Assembly: GCF_030144855.1 (NCBI RefSeq)
Contig: NC_082711.1
Coordinates: 166,780,001 to 166,844,000, forward strand
DNA: 64,000 bases
Direction: 5' to 3'
Origin: Hypanus sabinus
Lineage: Eukaryota
Every line of letters begins with the position of its first letter. The stretch's first letter is position 1. The position numbers and the translations under genes are program-made. The notes beneath the pieces were generated by a model that made no database searches, had not been told where the DNA came from, and saw only the letters and a program-made list of their open reading frames with translations. Of this stretch, positions 25,338 through 38,600 are shown in pieces.

Positions 25338-25805
25338 GTCAGTGTATACAAACTTCTCTTTGAGGCTCTGATCAAAGGCCAGCTGAACAAAGACACAATC
25401 ATTCACCATCTTCACTTACAAACAGAGCGGAGCTTCAGTTCAGAGGTCATGGCATATGCTGAGATGATAGGATTGTCTGTAAACACATTTGGTGACCTCT
25501 TGGATTTAATTTTTTTGAACCTGATGTATGCCGAGATCCCCACCATTGATGTCCTAAAGATAGAATACTGTTACCAAGCTGATGCATCTGTAATTGGGAC
25601 AGAAGTGGTGTGCTTTGAAGAGGAGTGGGTTAAAAAGGAGCTGAAATATTATTGCTCCTTCTGGAAGGGCCAGAGGGAGGCCAAGGGGGTGGACATCGAG
25701 GAGGCCTGGAAATGTCGGACATGCGACTTTGCCGATATTTGTCAATGGAGAAAGAAGAAAGCTGAAGAAGCAGCAGAGAAGAATCAAGCAAATCGTAGAA
25801 AATGA
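25338..25805 (+). CDS. EXO5: EXO5 coding exon 6, terminal
   Basis: Completes the QxxxY motif (HLQ|VSVY). Ends with the Fe-S triad EEAWKCRTCDFADIC, then TGA. Total CDS 1191 nt = 396 aa. Confidence 0.93.
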   Translation, partial: VSVYKLLFEALIKGQLNKDTIIHHLHLQTERSFSSEVMAYAEMIGLSVNTFGDLLDLIFLNLMYAEIPTIDVLKIEYCYQADASVIGTEVVCFEEEWVKKELKYYCSFWKGQREAKGVDIEEAWKCRTCDFADICQWRKKKAEEAAEKNQANRRK

Positions 25806-26016
25806 GGATCAAGTTTTAGTTTAAAGGGGCAATCAAATTTCTTCTCTATTGTTAGCATGCCAGGTAGTGAACTTGTTAACAATGCCTCTTGATAAATGAA
25901 ACACATCATTGCCAATGTATCATTCAGCTGGCCAGGATACACACTCGACCAAGGAGCCATGCTCACAGAAGATTATGTTATCATTCACGAGGAAATCTGC
26001 AGATGCTGGAAATTCA

Positions 26017-26230
26017 AGCAACGCATACAAAATGCTGGTGGAACACTGCAGGCCAGGCAGCATCTATGAGGAGAAGCACTGTCTATGTTTCGGGTTGAGA
26101 CCCTTTGTCAGGACTAACTGAAAGGAAAAAAGTCCTCATGAAGGGTCTCGGCCGGAAACGTCAACAGTGCTTCTCCCTATAGATGCTGCCTGGCCTGCTG
26201 TGTTCCACCAGCATTTTGTATGTGTTGCTT
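26017..26230. repeat. Penelope pLTR-derived foldback with ~100-bp inverted arms
   Basis: 26017-26115 is the reverse complement of 26131-26230 at roughly 85-90% identity; 15-nt loop. Confidence 0.85.
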
Positions 26231-29200
26231 AAGTTATCATTATTGGTTTTGTACTGCCTCAGTCCAGTACCCTGTGGAAAGCACCTTTACATGTGAAATG
26301 CATTGGGATACTGACAGCTGCTTAGCTGTTTGCAGATCTATAGCAATCTGGACAAATAGCTGTACTAGTGGACCAGGTATGCTAAGAGGCAACATTACTT
26401 GCAGCATTTCTTGAAATTTAACCAAATACCATGTCACTATTATGAAGGAAATACAGTCCTGCGTGTGTTTGTGGGTTTTCTGGCCAAATATAGTTGATGT
26501 GGCAGGGAGGACGATGGGGAGTTTTGTGGCACATTTCATAACCACATAATGTTCCAAGGAACTACTAATTGCTGAGGTTGTTAATTGTGATTATTATTGT
26601 GCTGTGGCTTGACAGTTGAACTTAACTGATTGTAAACAGTAGTTCAACCAGTATATTTAGACAAAGTCAACAATTTTCTTCCATTTCAAAGAAATGGAAC
26701 CACAGCTTAATGCTTTGCTATCAGAACAGTCTGACTTAAAGTTTTTAGAATCACCCTCAGTGGTGACAAATTTACACTTGTAAACTATAGGAAGGAAATC
26801 TGAGGGCAAAATAATAATTCTGGAATTTTATATTCAAGCTTATTATCATTCAACCATACTTATGTGCACAGCTGAACAAAACAACATTCCTTTGGGAGGA
26901 ACCCAGGTTCAAACCTCAGTACATATGTAATATGAAGTAATATTAACACTATTATCAGAAAATTAAAAAGTCCTGTAGATGTACAAGTTGACATACTGCA
27001 TTTGTGACATATGGTTAAATGCTACTGCTGCTGTCATAAATAATGTAGTAGCAAGGTGTCTACTTTTCATTCTTTAGTTATTTTTACCTTTAACCTTCTG
27101 GCGTAATCATAACCACTACAGTCTAGCAACACTATGACCACATTGATCATTTTGCATTAAAAATTAACTTCTAATTGTGTTATTTCTTGTAAAAAGTGTG
27201 TACTTTATGTTGAGTCATTGTCATACAGCACTTAACATGCCATTCAGCCCAACTAGTCTATGCCAACCAAGATGCTTCTTCCATGCTAGCCCATTTACCA
27301 GTGTTTGGTCCATAACCTTCTAAACATTTCCAATCATGTACTTATCCAATGCTCTTATTTCCAATTGCCCACATATAATCATCTGGGGTTGGTAGATAGC
27401 ACATTCGCCTTTCTCCAGGCAGTTGAATGAATCCATCAAGTTAGTGAGCATTCTGGCACAAGATGCTTTTATTAAAAAATGTTTTCCATTTCCTCATTCA
27501 ATCTTGTAATCATCGTTCACTTCTGGCATTTTATTCAGAGGTTAGTGTTCAATAAAAAAGCCTTCATATTTCCACAGTATTGGTAAGCTTCTGGTACTGA
27601 TGATTGAGAAAGATTGATCCATGGATTGTTGTACAATTTCTAGAAGATGGTTGATGCTCAGCAAAAATTCCAAGTAGGTAATAACCAAATTGGTTACAGT
27701 AGAAATAGTCTGTGGAGGTGTGGAGTAAAGTAGAATGGGGCATTTGTAATGATGAAAGAGGCAATGATGCAAAGACTGAATGTTGCAGCTGTACCAGGAG
27801 ATAAAACACTTCAGAAAGTCATAAAGTGGCAGAAACAGCCCCATCAGCCCACTGTGTCTATGCCTGTCATCATATACCAATGTGTATTAATCCCTTTTTG
27901 CATCCTTCTCCCTTTGGCCTTTATGCCATGGTATTTGAAGGGGTAATCCACATTCTTTATAAATCTTGGAGAGTACTTGTTTACCATTGTCCCCTCGGGC
28001 AGTGCATTCCAGATTTCAACCACCCTCTAGATGAAAAAAAAATTCAAGTCTCCTTTGAATCTTTTTCCCTGTACCTTAAACTTGTATCTCTGCTGGATAT
28101 AGGTATCTCTGCTTGAGGGGAAAAGTTTCTAATTACCCTCACACAGCTGGATGCATCTATGTAAAACTACAGGTGCTCAGCAGATTTAAGGAGAAAAAGG
28201 CTTTTACAGTATCTTAAACAGGAAAATATTAAATATGAAACATAAGAATTTGCATACTGATATTACAACTAATAATTACGGAGCCTTTGACCTGTTGAAA
28301 GGTAAGCTGCAGTTGATGTTAAGCATTATAACAATGTTTATAAGCTTGAAGTTTGTATGGTGCCCAGAGCTATTTTTTGACAAAATATAATTTATTGTGC
28401 CCCATGTACTTAGTGCACTGAAATGCTTTCTACAGTTTTAAACCTTAAGCAACAGTTGCTGACATTGTAATATTTTGTATTAATTCTCTAACCATGATCC
28501 ATGATCATAAATAATAAAAACTTGAGTTTGTTCTGTATAAAACGGTATTTTATTTTCTCTTTCTAAAAAGTGCTGACAAATCTTTGTGTAAAGTTTCTGT
28601 TGATGGCCAAGGTATGTTTTTTCTCCCCTTTTGTAATTTGTAATAATTTCTCTGAGCCAGCTGCAAATTTCAGCAGTTTTACCAGTGTTAACATGGAAGA
28701 TGTATTTGTTTGCTGGTTGCAGGATTTCTTCAAGGTATCAAGTTACATTAATGGCAGGCAAAAATGTGTCCACAGTTTTTTGTAAACACATGGGAGGCAT
28801 CTTAGATCCACAGTTACTGCAAATATGCATGCTGGCAGACAGAAGAACTTTGTAATTGTAGTGATGTGCAGATATTCTACAGCACAGGAACAGGCCCTTC
28901 GGCCCATAATGTTGTGCTGAACCAACTAAAAAGTAAATCCAAAACCCACAATAAACAAATCCCTCCTACCGACACAATGCCATATCCCTCCATGTTCCTC
29001 ATATTTATGTGTATATCTAAATGTCTCTTAAAAGCCTCTATCTGCCTCTACCACCATACCAGGCTGTATATTCTGGGCATCATCTCCAAATAAAAAAACT
29101 TAATCCTCACATCTCCTTTGAATCTACCCCTCCTCACCTTCAGTGCATGCCCTCTGCTATTAAACAGTTCTACCCTAGGGAAAAAAGATATTCCCTGTCT

Positions 29201-30117
29201 ACTCTGCCCATGCTGCTCATAATCTTATCAGATTTCCTCTCAGTCTCTGCTGCTCCAAAGAAAACAACCCAAGTTTGTTCAGCCCCTCATGTTAGCACAT
29301 GCCCTCTAAACCAGGCAGCATCCTGGTGAGCCTCTTCTGCACCCTCTCCAAAGCCTCAACATCCTTCCTAGAGTGGGGCCACCAGAACTGTATGCAATAC
29401 TCATCTTATGGTTCACCACAGTGTAGAAAACTGTACATAAGTTCTGGACCAGGTGATTCTAGGTTTTAAAATATAATGACAGCAGACTAGAAGCACAGGT
29501 CAGATACAGTACAAATATTGACAACTGTGTATAAACAGTACTGTATATAATACATTGACTCTTTGTGTTTAATACCTGTACAGTATGAAAATAGATTATT
29601 TAGCCCACTGAGTCTGTGAAGGTCATCAGACACCAAGATTACAAGAGGATAACGTGATTTAGTAGTATGATTTTCTGTTTTGTGTTCAAAGTGGACAATT
29701 TCACACAAGTTCACATTATGTTGCATCTGCTGTGTACTTGCCCTCATTCAACTTGGTCTATCTCACTTTTTCATCCTCCCTGCTTACAATCAATCCCACC
29801 TAGTTTTTTCATCATGGGTGAACTTGGATAAAGAGCTAAAGATTAAAGATTAGTTTTATTGGTCTCGTGTGCATCTAAACATAGTGAAATGTGTCTTAAG
29901 CACAACATGCCCACAACTCACTAACCTTAGCCTGTTAGTCTTTGGGATGTGGGAGGATCCCAGAGGAAACCCATATGGTCACAGAGAGAACACTAGTGCT
30001 TTAATAACATGGAAAATGACATTTAGCTCCCCATAGCCAGACCACCACAGCCTGCTTAACCTGACAATACTCTATTCCTATTCTTGGCTTTCTTGGTCTT
30101 TAATCTATGCCAATATA

Positions 30118-30490
30118 TTAGAACATAGAAAATCTACAGCACATTTACAGGCCCTTCGACCCACAATGTTGTGCCAACCATGTAACTTATTCTAGAAGCT
30201 GCCTAGAAATTCACGTAGCCCTCTATTTTTCTAAGCTCCATGTACCTATCTAAGAGTCTCTTAAAAGACCCTATTGTATCCACCTCTACCATCTTTGCTG
30301 GCAGTGTATTCCACGCACCCACTATTCTCTGTGTGAAAAACTTACCTCTGACATCCCCCTTGTACCTACTTCCAAGCACTTTAACACTATGCCCCCTCCT
30401 GTTAGCCATTTCACTCCTGGAAAAAAATGAAATCAATGGCTCTCATCATCTTATATACCTTTATTAGGTCACCTCTCATCCTCTGTTGCT
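30118..30490 (-). mobile_element. CR1 LINE 3' end
   Basis: ORF 30203-30436: RGHSVKVLGSRYKGDVRGKFFTQRIVGAWNTLP; same family as 6195. Confidence 0.85.
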
Positions 30491-30984
30491 GCAAGGAGAA
30501 AAAGCCCCAGCCTTGTGTGCTGTAATTTTGACCACCTTCCTGTGTTGGTGCTTTAAAGCCTGAATATCACATGGGCTAAATTGCCTTTGATTGTTCTGTG
30601 GTGTATTGACCATATCTTGCCTTCTGACCTACTTCTCCATCAAATCTCCCCTTCCATTTCCTGCAACCCATTCCCCCACCCCTGTCTTTGCCCCAATCTC
30701 TCGGCCCTCTGGATTCCACCTCACCATCTTGCGTGTCCTCCTACTTTCTTTTGCCTTCCCCTTTCCACTCTGTTCACGCTCAGAGCCCATTGTCTCGCAG
30801 TCCCAACGACAATGTTGGCCACAACAACTGTTGACTTTTGAGGGGACTGTTGAGGGGAGACCAAACTCCCCTCTCTCCATCTCCTTCACCAACCCACCTT
30901 CCCTCCACCTCCCCTTGCATTGTCACTGTGCTAGCTCCCCACTCACCACCTGTCACTCATCCTCTGACAGCTCTCAGGGACCAG

Positions 30985-31300
30985 AGTACATCACAGAATC
31001 ACTTTCGTTTTATAATCCTGCTCGAACTTTCCGGTCCCCTTCCGCCGGTCTCTTAAATTTAAACATTCTCCCTCAAAAGATAATTGGCGGGCCAGCTTTG
31101 TTGACTTACCTTCCCAAACAGTGCAGCCCAATACCTAAAACTATAAGAGATACAGACTCACCCGACACTTTTAAACGCCAACTCAAAACCTTTTTATTTA
31201 ACCTTGCTTTTGCCTAATATATTTTTTGACTTACGTACTTGCGTTTTATCAGATTGTAAAGCACATTGAACTACAACATCTCTATGAAAAGTGCTCTGTA
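30985..31300 (+). mobile_element. L2 LINE 3' end
   Basis: YNPARTFRSPSAGLL...DTFKRQLKTFLFNLAFA*, then tgtaaagcacattgaac...tgaaaagtgctctgtaaat, an L2-type 3' terminus. Confidence 0.75.
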
Positions 31301-31330
31301 AATCGTGAAAGCCTTGCGCGTTGAATTCGG

Positions 31331-31346
31331 GAAACCGAAAGTGAAA
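31331..31346 (+). promoter_or_regulatory. Tandem ISRE / IRF-E
   Basis: GAAACCGAAAGTGAAA has three GAAA cores at IRF spacing and lies 44 bp upstream of the ATG. Confidence 0.8.
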
Positions 31347-31389
31347 TTGAACCCTTAGTGAACCGCAATTTACACGATAGGAGTTCGCG

Positions 31390-31423
31390 ATGTTCTTTTT
31401 GAGCCTCTACATTCTGGCTGCTG
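31390..31423 (+). CDS. Tapasin-family (TAPBPL/TAPBPR-like) gene exon 1, signal peptide
   Basis: MFFLSLYILAA with donor G|GTAAGC. Joins exon 2 to give MFFLSLYILAAGIALA-ENG. Confidence 0.8.
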
Positions 31424-31779
31424 GTAAGCCCACCGCACGTTTTTCGGCTAAGCGGGCCTCACCGGCCGAGGTATTTATTTTACGTGAGCGTTCGCGTTCC
31501 ATCTCCGGCAGCCCCTGAGGTCGAACGCGTGCGCTAGAAACAAAATGCCGAGCTTAGGCGGTATAATTAATTGCAAACTCAGGCCGCAAGCGACAGTCTC
31601 CCAAGAGACCTACTCCATAAACCAGGCAGGAACTGGTTCCTTAGGGCTGCTGCAGACAGATCAGATATCTATTATGCTTTTCTCTGTAAAATGTTCTTTT
31701 AGAAAAAAGACCAGGTTTGTTAATGACTGTTGGACGTGCTTTTGAAGATTTCCCTTGGCACATAGTTTTGAGTTTGATA

Positions 31780-32520
31780 AAATCAACCAGCACTAAAGGT
31801 CACGGAGAATGTTTTGGAAGAGCCCAAGTGTATGGGTGCATGTGCATAGTTCCCTGAAATTGGCTGTACAGGTAGACAAGGTGGGGAAGAATGCATTGGA
31901 CTTGCTTTTTGGGCCATTGGAGGGATCACATTTTCTGTCATGTTCAGTTCTGGTAGCTCAGCTGTAGGGACAATGTTATTTAACTAGAAAAGGTGCAGAA
32001 AAGATTCATGAGGATGTAACTGGGACTGGAGGGCTTGAGTTAAAAGGAGAGGCTGGATGTTTTTTTCTGGAGCATAGGAGGCTGAAGGATGACCTTATAG
32101 AGCAGATGTTCCCAACCTGGAGTCCACAGATCCCTCGGTTAATGGTAGGGTTACACGGCATTAAAAAGGTTGAGAACCTCTGTTATAGAGTGGGGGCGGG
32201 GGCGTGGATAAGGTTGATGGTCACAGTCTGTTTCTGAGGGTGGCGGAAGTTTAAAACTATAGAATATAGATTTAATGTGAGAAGCAAAAGATTTAAAAGG
32301 TGACTAAAAGACAGTTCTATCACACAGGGTGGGAGATGGTAAAAGCCGCCAGAAAAAAAAAAACTCTAGAAGCAGGTGAAATTACAATGGTTAAAAGACA
32401 TTTGGACAGGTACATGGATAGAGAAGGTTTAGGGGGATATGGGATAAATGCAGGTAAGTGTTGGTAGGTCAGGTAGATGTCTTGATCAGCATGGATAGGT
32501 TGGGCTGAAGGCCTATTTTT
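31780..32520 (+). mobile_element. Degenerate CR1 LINE 3' part
   Basis: Eroded RT C-terminal text and 3' UTR; interrupted by the MITE at 32103. Confidence 0.65.
32103..32182. mobile_element. 80-bp hAT MITE
   Basis: Ends CAGATGTTCCCAACC / GGTTGAGAACCTCTG; perfect 8-bp TSD TTATAGAG. Confidence 0.85.
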
Positions 32521-32549
32521 TTTACGCTGTTTGATTTTATAACCAGAAC

Positions 32550-34510
32550 AGCATACAGAAAATGCTGAAGGAACTCAGTAGGTCAGGCAGCATCCATGGA
32601 ATTGAATGAACAGTCAATGTTTTGGGCCAAGACCCTTCAACAAGACTGGAAAGACTTCAGAATAATAAGCTTGGGAGAGGAGAAGGAGGATAGCTGGAAG
32701 GTGATAGGAACGATAAAGAGCTGGAGAGGAAGGAATCTGATAGGAGAGGAGAGTGGACCATTAATAGAAGGGGAAGGAGGAAGAGCACCAGGAGGAGGTG
32801 ATAGGCAGATAAGAAGAGGTAAAGGGCCAGAGTGTGGAATGGAAGAGGAGGAACGGGGAGGGATTTTTTTTATATCGGAGGGAGAGACCAATGTTCATGC
32901 CATCAGGTTGGAGGCTACCTGGATGGAATATAAGATGGCGCCCCTCCATCCTGAAGATGACCTCATCTTTTGCACAAGAGCAGGCCAGGGACCAACATGT
33001 CCGAACGGGAATGGGAATTGGAAATTAAATGTCCACTGAGAAGTTCTGCTTTTGGCGGACGGAGCTGAGGTGCTCAGCAAAACGGTCCCCCAATTTACGG
33101 TGGTTCTCTCCAACGTAGAGGAAGCTGCATCAGGGGCATCAGATAAAATAGATAAAATAGACCCAGCAGATTAGCAGGTGAAGTGTTGCCTCACCATTCA
33201 GCAAATGTTTAGGGCTCTGAATGGAGGTAAGGGAGGAGGTGAGTGGACAGGTGGAGTGCTTTGGCCACTTGCAGGAGCAAATACTTGGAGGGAGGTTAGT
33301 GAGGAGGGACGAATGGACAAGGAAACCACGAAGGGAGTGGAGAGTGGTGAGATAAAGATGTGTTTGGTGGTACGATCCCTTTGGAGATGCAGAAGTTACA
33401 GAGAGTGATGTGTTGGATGCAGAGGCTCATAGGGTAGTAACTATTGCTGTTAAGATGACAAAAAGATGGGGTGAGTGGATGTCTGGGAAATGGAGGAGGT
33501 GTGAGTGAGGGCAGCATTAATGATGGAGGAAGAAAAACCTCGTTCTTTGAAGAAGGAAGACCCTTCATGTCGTCCTAGAAAGGAAAGCCTTCATTCTGAG
33601 AACAGATGCAGCGGAGGAGGAGGAACTGAGAGAACGGAATACCATTTTAACAGGAGACAGTGTGGGAAGAGGTATAGCTGTGAGAATCGGTAGTTTTATA
33701 AAAGATGTTGGTCGATAGTTTGTCCCCAGAGACAGAGACAGAGATCATGAAAGGGAAGGGAGGTGACAGAAAAAGAGCAAGTAAACCTTAGGCAGGGTGG
33801 AAGCTGGAAGGAAAGTCGATGAAATTGACAAGCTCAGCATGGGTGCAAGAAGCAGCACCAATGCAGAAATCAATGTAAGGGAGGAAGTATTGTAAAGCAT
33901 TACATGGACTGTTCCGTGTAGCCATCGAAAAGACAGGTTTAGTTGAGGCTCGTGGGTATCCATGACCACCCTTTGAGTCTGGAGAACATGGAAAGAGAAG
34001 TTGTTCCAGTTCTGCCTGATGGAAGAGGGTGGTGGTTCTTTTACTGAGAAAAGAAGTGGAGAGCATTAAGTTCTTGATGGAGGATAGAAGTATATAGGGA
34101 CTGGACATACATGGTGAAAATGAGAAGATCAGGGCCAGAGAAGTGAAAGATAGTGAAGAGATCAAGAGTAGGAGGAGTGTCATGGATGGAGTTAGGAAGG
34201 GACTGAACTGAGGAGGATAGAATGGACACGATTTCAGTGGGGCAGGAGCAGGCAGAGACAGTGGGCCTACCCCATCATTCAGGTTTGTGGATCTTGAGTA
34301 GGAGGTAGAAGCAAGCAGTTCAGGGTATAAGAACATTGAGTTTGGAGGCAGTGGATGGTGCCAGAGTTAATGAGATCAGTGATGATATTGGAGATGGTCT
34401 TGAGTGAGGTCCTCTTCAAGGAGTAGTTAAGAGGGTCTGAGAGATGCTGCCTGGCTTCCATAGGGTAAAGGTCAGTCTGCCACCCAGCAACAACACCCTC
34501 TTTGTCTGCG
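32550..34510 (-). mobile_element. Penelope-like element (RT plus GIY-YIG, degenerate)
   Basis: Minus-strand RT remnants (TMYVQSLYTSILHQE, YIDFCIGAASCTHAELVNFI), a GIY-YIG remnant near 33050-33200, and pLTR at 32550-32650. Confidence 0.8.
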
Positions 34511-35039
34511 GGTTTGATAGCAAATGTTGCACTTGAGTTTTGTCTTTTGCACTGTCATTGATACTGTGTTTTTGGTAGGAAGTAAAACCATTGAAATCCC
34601 AGGTGTCCCATTCAAGAGTGATAGAGGATTTTCCTCGATGTCCAGGCCAACCTTTAACTCTTAGGATTCATTAAGAGTTTTCATTTGAGAAATCTGGGGG
34701 GTGACCTGCTGGAGGTCTTTAAATCCTGAACATAAGGAATTTGAGTCTGCTCCATCATTCATTAAGGTCACTGTTGTTCTTCTACCTCAGTCGCTATTTT
34801 CTTGTCCTGTTTCTGTCTTTAATTGTTTCCCTAAGTATTCAGAGGTTTATCAACCTCTTTGAATAAGCTCAACAATCAAATCTTTGCACCCCTTCAGGGC
34901 AGAGAATACCAAAGAGCTGCTACCTTCTGAGCAATTTCTCCTCACCTTAATCCTACATAACGTACCCCTTATTCTGACTCTTGATTCTCAACTCCTCAGC
35001 CAGGACAATCATCCTCCCTGCATCCTACCTGTCAAGTCC

Positions 35040-35650
35040 TGTAAGTTTCAGTGAAGCACTTTTATAGGATGGTCACGGAGAGTATTTCCATCAGTGGAGG
35101 AGAACAGAACCATCAATATAAGATGGTTACCAAACAATCCATCAGGGGATTTGGAAGAAATAGCCTTATCCAAGGGCTGGAACTTGCCCCCATAAGGAGT
35201 AGTTGTAGTGAATGTCACAGATGAATTTATGAGGAAGCTGGATAAATAGATAAGAAAGAAGGGATTAGAGGGATATGATGATAGAAATGGATGTGGAATG
35301 ATGGAACAAGTCTTGAGTGGAGAAATGATGTTGGCATGGAGTGTTTGGGCCAATTGTCCTGCCTCCAGACATAAGAGCAGAACCCAACCCCATTCTCCTG
35401 CCTTTTCTCTGTAACCTTTGACACCCTGACTAAGCAAGAACCTATCAACCTCTGCTTTAAATATACTTAATGACTTGGCTTCCACAGCCAGCTGTGGCAA
35501 TGAATTCCACAGGTTCAACACCCCATGGAAATTCCTCCTCATTTCTGTTCTAAATGGACATCCCTCTGTTTTGAATCTGTACTCTCTGGTCCTAGATTCC
35601 CCCACTAGAGGAAACATCCTCTCCACATCCAATCTATCCAGACCTTTCAA
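35040..35650 (-). mobile_element. CR1 LINE 3' end
   Basis: ORF 35048-35656: LDRLDVERMFPLVGESRTR...LWNSLPQLAVEAKSL. Confidence 0.8.
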
Positions 35651-35654
35651 ATTC

Positions 35655-38600
35655 AATAGAGGAGAGGCTAAACTGGATCTAGTTCTGGGTAATGAACCTG
35701 GTCAGGTGACAGACCTCTTGGTGGGGGAGCATTTTGGTGAGAGTGACCACAACTCCCTTAGCTTCGGCATAGCTTTGGAAAGGGATAAAGTCAGATGAAA
35801 TGGTAAAGTGCTTAACTGGGGAAGGGCTAACTTTGAAGGGATGAGGCAGGAACTAGCGAGAGTAAATTGGAAAATGATGTTCAAAGGGGAAAGCACAGAA
35901 GTAATGTGGGAGAAGTTTAGGGACCACTTGAGCTGGGTTCAGGATAGGTTTGTCCCACTGAGGCAAGGAAAAAATGGTAGGAAAAGGGAACCATGGCTGA
36001 CGAAATACGTGAGGCAACTTGTCAAGAGGAAAAAGGAAGCATATGTTAGATATAAGAAGCAGGAAGTAGGAGGGGCTCATGAGAAATATAGGGTAGCCAG
36101 GAAGGAGCTAAAGAAAGGACTTAGGAGAGCTCGAAGGGGGCATGAGAAGGCCTTGGCATGTAGGATTAAGGAGAATCCCAAGGCATTCTATGCGTATGTG
36201 AAGAACAGGAGGATGATGAAAACAAATGATGAAAATGTTTTTAACGGCTTGTTAAGCCTCATATCACAGCCAGCCTCCCCTCATCGCTGGATCCTCTACA
36301 GTTTGCTTATTGTTCCAACTGCAATATCCGCCACACTGCACACAATTCTCTCTCACTTGGACAACAAAGACACTTATGCCAGAATCCTGTACGTTCATTT
36401 CAGTTCTGCGTTCAATACCATCATCCAGTAGAGACTAGTGGAGAAACTGTTGCTGCTTGGCCTTAACACTGCCATGTGTCGCTGGATTCTGGATTTCTTG
36501 ACAGAGAGACCACAGTCAGTCCGTGTTGGCAGGAACATCTCTGACTCCATCACACTGAGCACTGGATCCCCACAAGCCTGTGTGCTCAACCCATTGCTGT
36601 TTACACTGCTAACACATGACTGTGCAGCCAGATTCAAGGAGAACCTGATCATTAAATTTGCTGATGATACCACAGTGGTGGGGCTCATCAGCAAAGATGA
36701 TGAAAAAATATACAGTGAGGAGGTCAAACACCTACAGAGCTGGTGTAGTGACAACAACTTGATGCTTAATTTCACCAAAACCAAGGAGATGATCGTCGAT
36801 GTCAGACAGTCTCGGCCTGAGCACACACCCCTCAGCATCAGCGGCTCCACAGCGGAGAGAGTGGAAAACATCAGGTTCCTTGGGGTGCAGATCTCGGACA
36901 ATCTCACCTGGTCCAGGAACACCACTGGGATTGTGAAACGGGCCCAGCAGAGATTGCACTTTCTGAGGAAACTTAAACAAGCATCACTCCCCACTACCAT
37001 CTTAACTACATTCTACAGAGGATTGGTTGAGAGTGTGCTGACCTTTTGCATCACAACCTGATACTCCAGCTGCAGTGCTGCCGACAAAAAAGCCTTGCAG
37101 AGGGTGGTTAGGGGAGCAGAGAAGGTTATTGGGGTCTCCCTACCTTCTGTCCAAGACCTCTTTCAGAGTCGATGCCTCCAGAAGACACGGTACATCATTA
37201 AAGACCCCTCACACCCTCTCCATAAACAGTTTGTTCTTCTGCCATCAGGAGCATCAAAACAAAAACCAGAAGGCTACTAAACAGATTCCTCCCACAGGCA
37301 GTCAGACTGCTAAATAGCTGCTCTACCTGACTCTGCTTTGGACACTTTTAACTTGCACTGGACACTTAAAACTTGATTTTAACTGACATGTGGCTGTTGT
37401 GTTTTACTATTTATTGTTGTGTTTACTATTTATTGTTACGTTTGTTATGTTATGATTGCACTTGCCGCTGGGAAACGCTGTCTCATTCTGCCCTGCAGAG
37501 CTGATGTATGGTTGGAATGACAATAAAGTTTTTGAATCGTGAATCTTGAATCTTGAAAGGTGGGATCACTAAAGGCTAAAAAGGGCAACATGTGCCTGGA
37601 GGTGGAAGAGGTTGGGGAGGTCCTAAATGAATACTTTGCTTCAGTATTCACAAGTGAAAGGATCTTGATCAGGTTGAGGTTGAAATAGAGCAGGCCTGTG
37701 TGCTGGACAGTGTGGAGATTAAGGAAGAAGAAGTGCTGAATCTTCTTAAAAATATCAAGATTGACAAATCCCCAGGGCTGAATATGATACACCCCAGGTT
37801 GTTGTGGGAATTGAGAGAAGAGATTGCAGGAGCATTAGCTATGATCTTTGAATCCTCTTTGGCTGCAGGGGAAGTGCCGGAGGACTGGAGAATGGCAAAT
37901 GTAGTTCCCTTGTTTAAAAAGGGTAATAGGGAGAAACCTGGGAACAATAGACCAGTGAGTCTTGTGTTGGTGGTCTGCAAACTACTGGAAAGCATTCTTA
38001 AGGATAGGATCTACGAGCATTTGGAGAAGTACAGTCTACTCATGGATAGTCAACATGGCTTTGTGAAGGGAAGGTCGTGCCTCACGAGCCTGATTTTTGA
38101 AGAGGTAACAAAAGACACTGATGAGGGTAGGGCAGTGGATGTGGTCTACATGGACTTTAGCAAGGCATTTGACAAAATCCCTCATGAGAGACTCATCCAG
38201 AAAGTCATGAGGCATGGGATAAGTGAAAACTTGGCTGTTTGGATAAAAAATTGGCTTAAAGGAAGAAAGCAGAGTGTAGTTGTGGAAGGAAAGTATTCTG
38301 CCTGGAGGTCGGTGACTAGTGGAGTGCCGCAGGGATCTGTCCTGGGACCCCTGCTATTTGTGATTTTTATAAATGACCTGGATATAGAGGCGGAAGGATG
38401 GGTGAGTAAATTTGCAGATGACACAAAGATTGGAGGAGTTGTGGATGGAGCTGCAGGTTGTCGAAGGTTACAAGAGGATATGGACAGGCTGCAGAGTTGG
38501 GCAGAAAAATGGCAGATGGAGTTCAATCTGGGTAAGTGTGAGATGATGCATTTTGGAAGGACAAACCAGAAGACTGAGTACAGGATTAATGGTCATTTAC

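Noticed and set aside
10376-25805. Cas4-like nuclease suggesting a CRISPR system
   Set aside because: EXO5 shares the Fe-S PD-(D/E)XK fold with Cas4, but this is a spliced vertebrate gene and there is no repeat-spacer array in the window.
31545-31745. ORF MPSLGGIINCK... as first exon of the tapasin-like gene
   Set aside because: Not signal-peptide-like. The ATG at 31390 gives a hydrophobic leader, a GTAAGC donor and the right phase.
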